Shown: positions 16,509-25,315 of the stretch, piece by piece
Layout: each line of letters opens with the position of its first letter
Numbering within the stretch: the first letter of the stretch is position 1
DNA from: a virus
Lineage: Duplodnaviria; Caudoviricetes
IMG/VR virus record: IMGVR_UViG_3300036715_001331
Span: 1 to 52,673 of that record
DNA length: 52,673 bases
Direction: 5' to 3' (one strand)
The notes under the pieces: model-generated
The model's input: the letters and a program-made list of their open reading frames with translations, nothing else
Databases searched by the model: none
Told to the model about the DNA's origin: nothing
Made by a program: the position numbers and the translations under genes

Positions 16509-17078
16509 CTACTTGTGGCCCAGCAGGGACGCCAGGATCCAGAGAACTGCGACCGTCGCTGCGCCTGCGGTGGCAAACGCCCATCGCGCTTGTTTCAGGG
16601 CTCCGATCTCGGTGGCCTGGTCGTCGTCAGTAACCTTCACCAAGTCTTTGTAGGTCGTAAAGTCCTTGCCGGTAGTGTCCAAGGAGGTCGAGGCATTTTT
16701 TAACGAGCTCGATGTCGCCGTCGAGTCCTCCTGAGACTGATCGAGCGTAATCGCCAGATTGCTTGACGAATCGGTCAATTCCGACCCGGACTTCGCTGAG
16801 TTGTCGGCTTGCTTTTCGGCTTGCTTGGATTGCTCGTTCAGCCGTTGCTCGAGCGTCTTCAAGGTCTGCTCGAGCTCGTCCAAGATCGGCGTCGGCTTTT
16901 CGGCCGGCGGCGTCTCGGGCTTCGCGGTCGGCGATGATGGTTCGCTCGAGCTCGGCGACTCTTGGCCCCAGGCTTCCCCTGGCGAAAGCGTCACCAGCCC
17001 AAAGGCCAGCCCCAAAAAAAACCAGGCCCGCCAAGGCCCAAAGAAATACTTTTTCCATCGGGATTCCCTTTTTTCCAT
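16509..17078 (-). CDS. Spanin-like protein: signal/TM, coiled coil, C-terminal TM
   Basis: Hydrophobic N-terminus ending EAWG, S/P linker, heptads, C-terminal hydrophobic helix; last gene of the lysis cassette. Confidence 0.6.
   Translation of the reverse strand: MEKRESRWKKYFFGPWRAWFFLGLAFGLVTLSPGEAWGQESPSSSEPSSPTAKPETPPAEKPTPILDELEQTLKTLEQRLNEQSKQAEKQADNSAKSGSELTDSSSNLAITLDQSQEDSTATSSSLKNASTSLDTTGKDFTTYKDLVKVTDDDQATEIGALKQARWAFATAGAATVAVLWILASLLGHK
16627..17058 (-). CDS. i-spanin-like protein nested in an alternative frame
   Basis: MEKVFLWALAGLVFFGAGLWAG TM followed by an A/R/D/E coiled coil; fully inside 16509-17078. Confidence 0.6.
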   Translation of the reverse strand: MEKVFLWALAGLVFFGAGLWAGDAFARGSLGPRVAELERTIIADREARDAAGRKADADLGRARADLEDARATAERAIQASRKASRQLSEVRVGIDRFVKQSGDYARSVSGGLDGDIELVKKCLDLLGHYRQGLYDLQRLGEGY

Positions 17079-17084
17079 GACGGG

Positions 17085-17402
17085 TCATTCTCCTTCGGTC
17101 CACTCCGGCAGGTCAACCGTCTTTCCCGCGAGTTCGTGGGCGCTGTCGGGGAGGAACTGGATCCGGCCGTCTGTGACGAAGGAATGGCAGAGGGTTTCCT
17201 GGGGCTTTCCTCTGGGCCAGTCGGCGCTCGGTGGCAGGGCCGGGGTGTAGAGCAGGAGGGATGGGGTAAACGTTGGGAGGTCTGGGTTTCCGTTGTAGGT
17301 CCAGGTTGGGTGGTCCCCAGGAACGACCCAGACGGTGTGGTGGTACTTGCACCCCGGGCACATGAACATCATCAGGCCGTCGCGGATTTCTCGTAGCTTC
17401 AC
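17085..17402 (-). CDS. DUF6527-like Cys/His protein, paralog 1
   Basis: CPGC..HH, WTYNG..PTFTPS, CHSFVTDGRIQFLPDSAHELAGKT. Confidence 0.7.
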   Translation of the reverse strand: MKLREIRDGLMMFMCPGCKYHHTVWVVPGDHPTWTYNGNPDLPTFTPSLLLYTPALPPSADWPRGKPQETLCHSFVTDGRIQFLPDSAHELAGKTVDLPEWTEGE

Positions 17403-17632
17403 TGCTTTGCCTCGCTGGTCGCCGGGTCAAGCTCGGGCCGGTAGTGCTTCGATCGGGTGTAGTTGTCAGCCGAGTTGGATGCCTGGTAGGAGGCGGCGGC
17501 GGCCACCAGGGCCGTCAGAATGGCCCCCAGGGCCTCGACCAGGTGTTCCGGTGCCCGCCATGCCACAACCGCAAAGGCGGCCGCCAGGAACAGGTAAACG
17601 GCCCAGAAGGCCGTGCTCTTTTTTGTCTTCAT
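17399..17632 (-). CDS. Putative holin (2 TM)
   Basis: 77 aa, two hydrophobic helices, charged C-terminus, in the lysis cassette. Confidence 0.7.
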   Translation of the reverse strand: MKTKKSTAFWAVYLFLAAAFAVVAWRAPEHLVEALGAILTALVAAAASYQASNSADNYTRSKHYRPELDPATSEAKQ

Positions 17633-18123
17633 GCGGCGACAACCTGGAATACCCGAATACCGCCGGTCCCGTCGCTCTGAAGGGGGTAGGGGTCACCCTC
17701 GGCGACGGTCACCGATCCACCCTTGATCGAGTCCCACTTGACCGGCTTCTTATTCCCGATCACCCAGTGAACGAATCCGGTCCTGGGGTTCTTCCAGGAG
17801 ACGATCACCCAAAACCCCGGACCCGAATACTTGTCATGGTCGGTCTGGTCGAACTTGCCCAGATACTTCAGGTTCAGGCCCAAGAAGTCGACGAACCCCT
17901 GGGGGTTGAGGAGCAGGGCTTCATTCGGGTCATCCATGTCGTCGTCGTCGTTGACATCACCCGAAATCAGCCCTTTGTCGACAGCCAGGTGCATCGTGGC
18001 GCCGAACTCGTGGACCCGCCAGGGTTTTCCCATCCCAAATTCGCGCCAGGCCGCGATCGCATCGGCCAGGCAGGCATAGTGCTGGATCCATCCAGCCAGC
18101 AGGTTGTCGTTCTGAAAAACCAT
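17629..18123 (-). CDS. Candidate endolysin, papain-like (C39/DUF261-like)
   Basis: Q...IQHYAC, FVHWVIG, WDS..GGSVTV.EG...IRVF; coupled to the holin. Confidence 0.5.
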   Translation of the reverse strand: MVFQNDNLLAGWIQHYACLADAIAAWREFGMGKPWRVHEFGATMHLAVDKGLISGDVNDDDDMDDPNEALLLNPQGFVDFLGLNLKYLGKFDQTDHDKYSGPGFWVIVSWKNPRTGFVHWVIGNKKPVKWDSIKGGSVTVAEGDPYPLQSDGTGGIRVFQVVAA

Positions 18124-18134
18124 GAAATCCTCCC

Positions 18135-18950
18135 TTACGCTTGCATTGGTAGACCGGTCAGGCTGGCCGGAATGTCATCGATCTGCCGCTGGGCCACCTT
18201 ATCCAGAATGGTCCGGATCTCGACGTTGTCGGTAGTCTGTTTGAACTCCTCGACGAACGCCATCAGCTTCCGCTCTTCCTCTTGGGCGATCTCGTGGAAC
18301 CGCTCGAGGACTTCGGCCGTCAGGCCCCGGATCTGGTCCTCGAGACGCTTGAAGGCCGGGAGCTTGTTCCCGGGCCAGGCCAGCATCTTCTCGTACCGGA
18401 TCCTGTAGATGGCCACCTTGTCGTTCAGGTAGTCCGGGTTCAGGTACCGCTCCCCGTTGACCTGGCGGTAGACCTCGTCCAGGATGTGGTTGAAGTTGGC
18501 GACGTCCCGGAGAACGGTCGCGTACCGCTCCCAGGCGGCGCTCACCTGCCGCCGGTCCGTGCAGACGCCAGCCAGGATCGGGATGAACAGGTCCTCGACG
18601 GTGGAGTTGATCGCGGCCGTCTGCCTGGCCCAGGTCGTGTTGATCGAGTCAAATCGGTGCCGGGAAACGATCTGGACCATTTGGATCGGCTTGATGTCGA
18701 GCTCGATGCACCGTCGCTCGGGGCCTACGTAGACCCCCTTCTCACCGGCCTTCCGGTCTTCGGCGCTGGAAACCTCAACCTTCCCGGCCTTGGATTGCCA
18801 CCGGATCCCCGGGGCCTTGCCAATCAGAATCAGGATGAAGTACATGATGCCGAGCAAGCCGGCGACAATCGATGGTGCGATGACCCCCCAGGGGACGTCG
18901 GTGTGGATGTCGCGGATCATGTCGGGCGCGGTGGTGATAAGGGTCGTCAT
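18135..18950 (-). CDS. Single-TM membrane protein with large helical soluble domain
   Basis: WGVIAPSIVAGLLGIMYFILILIG; start MTTLITT overlaps the lipase stop. Confidence 0.7.
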   Translation of the reverse strand: MTTLITTAPDMIRDIHTDVPWGVIAPSIVAGLLGIMYFILILIGKAPGIRWQSKAGKVEVSSAEDRKAGEKGVYVGPERRCIELDIKPIQMVQIVSRHRFDSINTTWARQTAAINSTVEDLFIPILAGVCTDRRQVSAAWERYATVLRDVANFNHILDEVYRQVNGERYLNPDYLNDKVAIYRIRYEKMLAWPGNKLPAFKRLEDQIRGLTAEVLERFHEIAQEEERKLMAFVEEFKQTTDNVEIRTILDKVAQRQIDDIPASLTGLPMQA

Positions 18951-19639
18951 TCGGCGGACTCCAAGGCTTTGATGTAGGCGTCTCCATTGTGGACACTCGG
19001 ATGGAAGCCGAACCGGTAGTGCCCGACGTACTGAACTTTCCCGACGTGGCGGTAACCGGCCAGGGCCGGAACGGAGTGGGGGACCGGGTCGCCCCACTGG
19101 CGGATCTGGGTGTAGGAGCAGGGGACCGGGGCTTGGGCCAGGGCCTGCGTGAACTCGTGGGCCGCCCGGCCTTCGTAAAGCCTGGGGCCGCCGAAGCCGA
19201 CCCCGTGGATTTCCATGGCCTTGAAATTGTGCAGGGCGTCTCGGGTGGTCAGAACGGAATGAGCCTCGCCCTGGGAAAACCCGGGGACCCGGATAAGGCT
19301 GGGCCGGTAAATGTCGATCCAGTTCATGACCTCGGCCCGGAAGGTTCTGTACTCCCGAAGGAACCCGTCATGGACCAGGTATTCCTCGGTGCCGACCGAA
19401 AGTTCCATCGGCCAGGCCATCAGGTTCTGCCACCAGTCGGCCGAAAGGAAGAACCTGTTTTTCAGGCTGAAAACGGCTCCCAGGGTGCAATCGAACCCGA
19501 TCACCATTTCCTGAGGCATTACCGAAAGCGTCGAGACGTAGGCGGTCACGTGCCGCGTCTCGTCCTTGATTTCCTTCACCACCCGGAAGCCCTGGGGGGC
19601 CTGCCCCTGGGTGGACCGGAACGCTTCGCTGTACTTCAA
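18947..19639 (-). CDS. Class-3 lipase-like alpha/beta hydrolase
   Basis: VHDGF, GFSQG nucleophile elbow, FGGPR, DPVP, GYRHVG, late His (HNGDAY); TTGA-coupled start. Confidence 0.85.
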   Translation of the reverse strand: MKYSEAFRSTQGQAPQGFRVVKEIKDETRHVTAYVSTLSVMPQEMVIGFDCTLGAVFSLKNRFFLSADWWQNLMAWPMELSVGTEEYLVHDGFLREYRTFRAEVMNWIDIYRPSLIRVPGFSQGEAHSVLTTRDALHNFKAMEIHGVGFGGPRLYEGRAAHEFTQALAQAPVPCSYTQIRQWGDPVPHSVPALAGYRHVGKVQYVGHYRFGFHPSVHNGDAYIKALESAE

Positions 19640-20382
19640 TTCGCGGCCTCCCAGTTGTCGTAGATCTTCGCGGCCATCGCCGCGCTGGTGGCCTGCCGGA
19701 TGTTGTTCTTGATAGCCCCAATGTTCGCCGAGGTGCTTTGAACGAAGGCAAACAGGGCCTTCACGTACCCCTGAAAATCGGCCAGGGCCTTGAACGTCAC
19801 GGTATTGTCCGAGGCGTCGGGCCACTGAAGCGGGAAGTCGACCGGTATCCCGGCGGCCAGGGCCACGTTGACCCCGGTGGCGTTGACCACCTGGTCCTGG
19901 GTGCCCGAGAACCTCATGCTCTCGAAAACGAACCCATTGGCCAGAATCTCGCCCATCTTCGAGTCGATCATGGCGAAAAGCTGGGACTGAAGAACGCCCT
20001 GGTCGATCAGGCCGGCGTAGGCCTTTTCGCTCGGCGTCATCCCTCGGATTCCGCCAGCGCCACTATTCAGGCTGGCATCATAGATCTCGCCGGAGGGAAC
20101 CTTGACCTGACCTGCATCGATCAATTCCTTTAGAGTCATCTCGGCGAGAGTCAAGCCGACGAGTTTGAAGCCGACAGGAACAGGAACAATCTTATTAACT
20201 ACCAGGGTGGCGTAGGGGATGGTATTCCATGTTTCATCCCAAAGGGCGCGAAGATCGCCCCTTTTTGGAACAACATGATCAGGAACTTTTTCAAAGCCCT
20301 CTGCATCAGGAAAGGGGCCGCAAAACACCCCATCAATGACGTCGTTGGTTTTATGAACGTAAACCAGGTTTTCATACGTCAT
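19636..20382 (-). CDS. Tail fibre assembly chaperone-like protein (DUF4376-like C-terminus)
   Basis: Directly after the fibre; WPDASDNTV followed by a helical C-terminus. Confidence 0.6.
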   Translation of the reverse strand: MTYENLVYVHKTNDVIDGVFCGPFPDAEGFEKVPDHVVPKRGDLRALWDETWNTIPYATLVVNKIVPVPVGFKLVGLTLAEMTLKELIDAGQVKVPSGEIYDASLNSGAGGIRGMTPSEKAYAGLIDQGVLQSQLFAMIDSKMGEILANGFVFESMRFSGTQDQVVNATGVNVALAAGIPVDFPLQWPDASDNTVTFKALADFQGYVKALFAFVQSTSANIGAIKNNIRQATSAAMAAKIYDNWEAAN

Positions 20383-21830
20383 GCCGTCCTCCTCCATTTT
20401 GTTGCCAAAGTATAAGAAGTCGTCGTTTCTGGTCCGGAACGGACACTACCAGACACCCCATCTGAAATAGGTCCCGTGATAGACACGATAGGGAGGTTTG
20501 CACTGCCAGCAACACTACCCGATGGGCCTGATCCAGAAAAACCTTGAAAAGTGACGTTTGTGGCGTGAAAGTGCCCCTCAAAAGAATCGGCAAACGTATA
20601 AAATCCGTCAAACAAAAGGGCCCTTCCTGACGTATATCCAGCCCCTGGCGTCGTTGTGGTCACTCCCGTGATAGCACCGCCAGAGTTCGTTGTTGCCGTG
20701 CCAACCCACTGCGTAGTACAAGTGCCCACAAGGGTGAGAGGAATCGTTGTACTCGCTGGATACCCAGACCCACCACTGACAACGTTAAAAGATGGAACCC
20801 CAGCCGAGACTGAGACTGTGATTTGTGCCGGAACCCCCGATACTTTCGTGTTTCCAGGAGCACTTTGCCCGATTCTCCTGGATGTGCCAAGTTCTTCCCA
20901 GTTTACGTTTGCCCAGGTGGTTCCCGGGAACAAAGACGCAGGGGTAGCATCGTTATTTCCCTGGATGTAGACCGAGAGAATCGGTGGCGTAGAAGAGCGA
21001 ATCCAGGGTTGCCACGTGCCGGCGACCAAGGCCGAGTACCAGATGTCGGCCGTCGCGCCAACTTTGAACGCGGTGATCAGGCCATTCGATCCGTCGCCCT
21101 GGTAGTCGTAGTACCACGTGCCGGTGGCGGTGCCTTCCGGGGTGGTGGTCGCTCCGGTCAGGAAGGTGAACATCCCGGGCGAGGCATTGGCCTTCACCTG
21201 GGCCTGGGAGTCACCGGTCAATCCGGTAGCGGCAAACATCGCGGCCGATGCCACGGGGGCCATCTTAAGGTTCGTGATCGGGGAGGATCCGCTGTTGTAC
21301 GTGAAGGTGGCAACCAGCACGGAATCGGCCGGGATCGACCCGGTGGTGACGCCGAACACCACGGTGGGGGTGATTTCGTAGTTGTACGATCCGGAGGCCT
21401 TGGCCCGGGTTCTTGAGGGCCCGTTCACTTCGGAGTACGAGGCGTAAAGCTTGTACGCCGTGCCGCCTCCGGAAGCCCCCAGGGTGGTGACGTTGACGGT
21501 CTGGGCGGCCCAGGCCAGCGGAAGGTTCGCGGTGAACGTCGTAGTGGGGGGGGGCATGGCCCACGAGGCCCCGGGGATGGTCACCAAAAACGGCAAAACC
21601 GCCAAGGCGGCGGAAAGGTCGATCTGGTTATTCGGGAGGGTGGCGTTGATCGCCGGGATCGTCTGGCGGATGAGCGTCGGTACACCGGGCAGGCGGCCAA
21701 CAACAGCCAACAGCGCGGTTCCAAGCTGGTCATACAGGTGGTAGAAGTCCCGCGCGAGATCCTGGGAATAGTACCGGTCTCCGGCCGCCAGCGGGTAGCC
21801 TGAACTGAATTGGAAATTGTGATGGTTCAT
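20379..21830 (-). CDS. Tail fibre / receptor-binding protein
   Basis: G/S/T-rich beta repeats (VVSGGSGY, TTPGAGYTS); PASLFPGTTW; DSFEGHFH...GPET fibre-tip motifs. Confidence 0.8.
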   Translation of the reverse strand: MNHHNFQFSSGYPLAAGDRYYSQDLARDFYHLYDQLGTALLAVVGRLPGVPTLIRQTIPAINATLPNNQIDLSAALAVLPFLVTIPGASWAMPPPTTTFTANLPLAWAAQTVNVTTLGASGGGTAYKLYASYSEVNGPSRTRAKASGSYNYEITPTVVFGVTTGSIPADSVLVATFTYNSGSSPITNLKMAPVASAAMFAATGLTGDSQAQVKANASPGMFTFLTGATTTPEGTATGTWYYDYQGDGSNGLITAFKVGATADIWYSALVAGTWQPWIRSSTPPILSVYIQGNNDATPASLFPGTTWANVNWEELGTSRRIGQSAPGNTKVSGVPAQITVSVSAGVPSFNVVSGGSGYPASTTIPLTLVGTCTTQWVGTATTNSGGAITGVTTTTPGAGYTSGRALLFDGFYTFADSFEGHFHATNVTFQGFSGSGPSGSVAGSANLPIVSITGPISDGVSGSVRSGPETTTSYTLATKWRRTA

Positions 21831-21839
21831 GCGTCTCTC

Positions 21840-22499
21840 CTAACCAATCTGTCCTCCGGCGTAGGGAACGAAGGTCCCGGCCGAAGTGTAACCCATGAAA
21901 ATCCTCATGTAACAGGGGACGAATCCGGCCAGGGCGACCACGATCTGGCTGACCTGATCCGCGGTCAGCGTGCTGGTTCCCACGTCGATCAGGAAGATGC
22001 CGGTGATGTCCGACTCGTTCCCGGAGCCAACGAGGTCCAGCCCGGTGTTCAGGTCGACCCCGTTCGTTCCGATCACGCCCTGGTACGTGGCGAGGTAGCT
22101 CGGGTTCTCGCTCCCGCCGATCATGATCCAGTCGGATGAGTTCGTGCTGTTGTAGAAGCTTGAGGAGAACCCGGTGATCCCGTCGCTCGTGGGCTTGATG
22201 TTGTCGTCCCAGGTGCTTAGGTACCGGAGGCTGTGGACCCCTTGTTGGATCTTGATCCTCTTCTGCTGGTCGGTGTCTGTGTTTAGCAGGGTGACGCCGA
22301 CGAAGTAGGCGAGCTCCGGTAGGAACTGGGGCGGAACGCGGGCCGGGTCGCGCCACATCGATTCCAGAAGCATTTCCTGCTGGATGGCTACCATCAGCTT
22401 GTCCAGGTAGGCTGCCAGGGCCAGGACCCCTGGGTCGGCCTCTTCCCGCAGTCGCCTCGGGAAGTAGTTCAGGCTGGGATACGGGAGCCGGTTTCCCAT
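21840..22499 (-). CDS. Baseplate wedge protein (P2 gpI-like)
   Basis: DPARVPPQFLPELAYFVGV motif; follows baseplate J. Confidence 0.7.
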   Translation of the reverse strand: MGNRLPYPSLNYFPRRLREEADPGVLALAAYLDKLMVAIQQEMLLESMWRDPARVPPQFLPELAYFVGVTLLNTDTDQQKRIKIQQGVHSLRYLSTWDDNIKPTSDGITGFSSSFYNSTNSSDWIMIGGSENPSYLATYQGVIGTNGVDLNTGLDLVGSGNESDITGIFLIDVGTSTLTADQVSQIVVALAGFVPCYMRIFMGYTSAGTFVPYAGGQIG

Positions 22500-22500
22500 G

Positions 22501-24264
22501 CTAGACCTGCGCCAGGGTGTTGGTCCCTGCCTGGGTTATCTCGGTGGCTGCGCAGACAAACGGGAAGCTGGGGACGCTGGCGATGATGTATGCCACCCCC
22601 GGCACGCCACCCTGGACGAATTCGTACAGTTGAGAAAGCTGGATGGCGTCGCCGAAACTCCGGGGCGGATTGACCGCAAACTGCGAGAGGATCTGCGTGA
22701 TTACGACGTAGTCGTTGGTCCCGAAGCTGTAGGACAGAATGCTGTTGATCAGGGCGACGGCCGATGAGATACCGGTCGCTGCGTAGGCTTCATAGATCTG
22801 GGATCCAGCGTCGCTGAAGAAGAGCTTACACGCGAGGTCGATGTAGGTCTGGACGTTGGCCCAAAGGTACCCGGGAAGGAGGTGGACGTTGGCGGTCACC
22901 CCGGTCGGCGTGAAAATTCCGGCGTCGAAGAAAACCGTCACGCTGTTGAGGACCGTTTTGGACTGCAGGTATGCTGCGATTGCGGTTCGGAGAGCAAGAG
23001 ACGGCGAACCGCCCCCGGATGCGACGCCTAGAACTTGGGCAGTCAAAACCCCGTAAGCGTTCGCGTTGACGATCGCCAGCGAAAGCCCACCATAGGCGAT
23101 TGCTAGGGCCTGGCCGTCGCTGGCCGTTACGAACCGATTCTGTGCCTTGAGGAGCATCGGTCCTGTGTTCGCTGCGTGCGTCAGACTCTCGGGGTCCGCT
23201 CCGCCGGTCAGGGCCAGAGGATTGGTCGCGCCGGCGACGTTGGCGTTGTTTCCTGCGTAGGCATTGAGACCGTCTGGCAGTGCCACGTTCGAGGCGGCAC
23301 CGCCACCGTAGGCGTAGCTTGCGACGATCGGGAACGCTCCGGGGATCGCGCCATACACGCCGTCGTTGAACTCGACGTTGACGGTGCCGTCCGTGTTGTA
23401 GACCAGCTTATAGACCTGCGAAGCCGGACCGGACTGGACAAACGTGGTGACCTGGCTCCATGTGACGCCGTTTACCGTCACGATGACCGTGGCGCGGAGG
23501 ACGTTCGGCGTGCCGATCTTGAAGCTCTGGTACGGGGTAACACCGTCACTGGTGCCGATGGTCTGGGCTGCCACGGACTGTTGCTGGTAGGCGGTGGCTG
23601 TCGCCGAAAGACGGGTGAGCGTGTGGTTTCCGCTTCCCTGGGTGCTGAACGAGAGCGCCGTGCCGGCGTAGGCATTCTTCCGGCTGGTGGCGAGCTTGAT
23701 GGTCGTCGGGCTCAGGTAGATGGCGAAGTAGTCGGTTCCCGCGGTGATCCCGGTGGGCAGGACGCCCGAGGTGCTGACCTGGACCTTTTCCCCGGTGGTG
23801 TACGCGTTGGCGACCGTGATCACTCCGGTGCCGGTGTTCCAGGCTGCAAACCCCGTCACCTCTGTCGTCAGCGGGTAGGTCAGTCCGGCCCTGGCCTCGA
23901 ACCGGCGAGCCGAGGAGCTTCCTGATCCGGGAGCGTTGAAAACCAGATCGGCGGCCGACAGCGTCACCGGCCACCCGTCGGCCGGGCTGGGCACGATGTC
24001 GACCAGCACGGCTCCGGTGGCCGGCGTGGCCTCGGTCATCTGGTAATCGATGAGGGCCATCAGGTCCCACATGGCCCGCCGGGTGAAGGCGGTTCTGGGA
24101 AAGGCCTGGTTGGCGCTGGCGTTCTCCCACGTGCTGACGGCGTCTCCGATTCCGGCCACCAGCCTTTTGATCCAGTCAGGTTTGTCGGCGAGGTTGGCGT
24201 CGGCGTTCAGATCGTTCAGGATCGTGGCGAACGACCGGCTTGTCGCCTGGATTGGGTTGGTCAT
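22501..24264 (-). CDS. Baseplate J / T4 gp6-like wedge protein
   Basis: GTSDG, VEFNDGVYGAIP, LTGGADPES, QNRFVTASD. Confidence 0.88.
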   Translation of the reverse strand: MTNPIQATSRSFATILNDLNADANLADKPDWIKRLVAGIGDAVSTWENASANQAFPRTAFTRRAMWDLMALIDYQMTEATPATGAVLVDIVPSPADGWPVTLSAADLVFNAPGSGSSSARRFEARAGLTYPLTTEVTGFAAWNTGTGVITVANAYTTGEKVQVSTSGVLPTGITAGTDYFAIYLSPTTIKLATSRKNAYAGTALSFSTQGSGNHTLTRLSATATAYQQQSVAAQTIGTSDGVTPYQSFKIGTPNVLRATVIVTVNGVTWSQVTTFVQSGPASQVYKLVYNTDGTVNVEFNDGVYGAIPGAFPIVASYAYGGGAASNVALPDGLNAYAGNNANVAGATNPLALTGGADPESLTHAANTGPMLLKAQNRFVTASDGQALAIAYGGLSLAIVNANAYGVLTAQVLGVASGGGSPSLALRTAIAAYLQSKTVLNSVTVFFDAGIFTPTGVTANVHLLPGYLWANVQTYIDLACKLFFSDAGSQIYEAYAATGISSAVALINSILSYSFGTNDYVVITQILSQFAVNPPRSFGDAIQLSQLYEFVQGGVPGVAYIIASVPSFPFVCAATEITQAGTNTLAQV

Positions 24265-24668
24265 CTTGATCCACCTCCGATGGTGGTTTTGGCTTGCTTG
24301 AGGCTCGAAAGGTCGGCCAGCAGGAAGTACGGCACGGTCACGTCTAGGGCGCCTCCGCCGGCGTCGGTCACCTGGACGACGTTCTGGCTCGTCATCGCCC
24401 GGCGGTCGGCGTACTGGACGCCGTTGACAATCTGCCCTCCGGTCACCACGGCGTTTCGCGTTGACATGAACTTGGCGACTTCAAGGCGCAGGGTGACGAT
24501 CGTAAGCAGGCTGATTGGCGTGTTCTCGAAATCCGGCACGCCGGCGCCGTAGCTGCGGTTGTAGTACATGGTCCGCTTGCCCTGTGTGAGTCCGCCCAGG
24601 ATGTCCTCTCCGACCTCCTGGGAGATGGGAATCTGGCCCCAGTTGAAGAACCCCTCGGCAGCGCTCAT
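24261..24668 (-). CDS. gp25/gpW-like baseplate protein
   Basis: LTQGKRTMYYNRSYG; size and position between spike and J. Confidence 0.65.
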   Translation of the reverse strand: MSAAEGFFNWGQIPISQEVGEDILGGLTQGKRTMYYNRSYGAGVPDFENTPISLLTIVTLRLEVAKFMSTRNAVVTGGQIVNGVQYADRRAMTSQNVVQVTDAGGGALDVTVPYFLLADLSSLKQAKTTIGGGSR

Positions 24669-25315
24669 TGTCCGAGCACCTTGGTAGAGCGGAAGTCCGA
24701 CAGGGACGGGGCGCTGGAGACTGGGCCGCCGGACGTTCCTGTGACCGGGCTGCCCGGCCCGGCGCTCAGGTAAAGCCCGGCGCCGTGAGTGTGCCCAGAA
24801 ATCCAGGTCATCAGGTTCTGCATGAACGTGTAGAACGTGCTGCCTTTCACGAAAGCCTCCGAACCGTCGCCGATCTTAAAGGTCTGCAGGAGGATGTCGA
24901 GCTCCTGCTTCGCTTCGTCGTAGGTCATAGAATCGCCTGTTTTCGGGTTTTGGTACAGAGTATGCTTTCCGGGGTCGACCGCTGTCGGTGCCTTGAACCC
25001 GTTCAGCGGGCTCTGCCATGCGACCTCCTGGACGCCGGCCAAGTATACAGGGCGCCGGGCCTCGCCGGCAATGAACCAAACCTCGACCCATTCACCAACC
25101 GCGGGGACGTCAGCCTGGTGGCCCTGGCGGGGCCAGCACCAGATGGCGAGGGCCGGGGTGTCGAATCCTAGTTCGTCGATCTGAACCTTGACCCGGCCGG
25201 CCGGCGTGGGCTTAGGGTCGGCGTTTTCGACCACTTTTCCGATGTAGTGGCGGAGGTAGCGGGTTTCTTCATAGACGATCCGCTGGATCTGTCCGTGGAT
25301 GGTTCTGTCAAACAT
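24665..25315 (-). CDS. Baseplate spike (gpV/Gp5 OB-fold)
   Basis: GRVKVQI, VPAVGEWVEVWFIAGEARRPVY, C-terminal HTH metal-binding motif (GHTHG). Confidence 0.85.
   Translation of the reverse strand: MFDRTIHGQIQRIVYEETRYLRHYIGKVVENADPKPTPAGRVKVQIDELGFDTPALAIWCWPRQGHQADVPAVGEWVEVWFIAGEARRPVYLAGVQEVAWQSPLNGFKAPTAVDPGKHTLYQNPKTGDSMTYDEAKQELDILLQTFKIGDGSEAFVKGSTFYTFMQNLMTWISGHTHGAGLYLSAGPGSPVTGTSGGPVSSAPSLSDFRSTKVLGQ

Noticed and set aside
20379-21830. Diversity-generating retroelement or invertible fibre cassette
   Set aside because: No reverse transcriptase, invertase, template/variable repeat pair or flanking inverted repeats were seen
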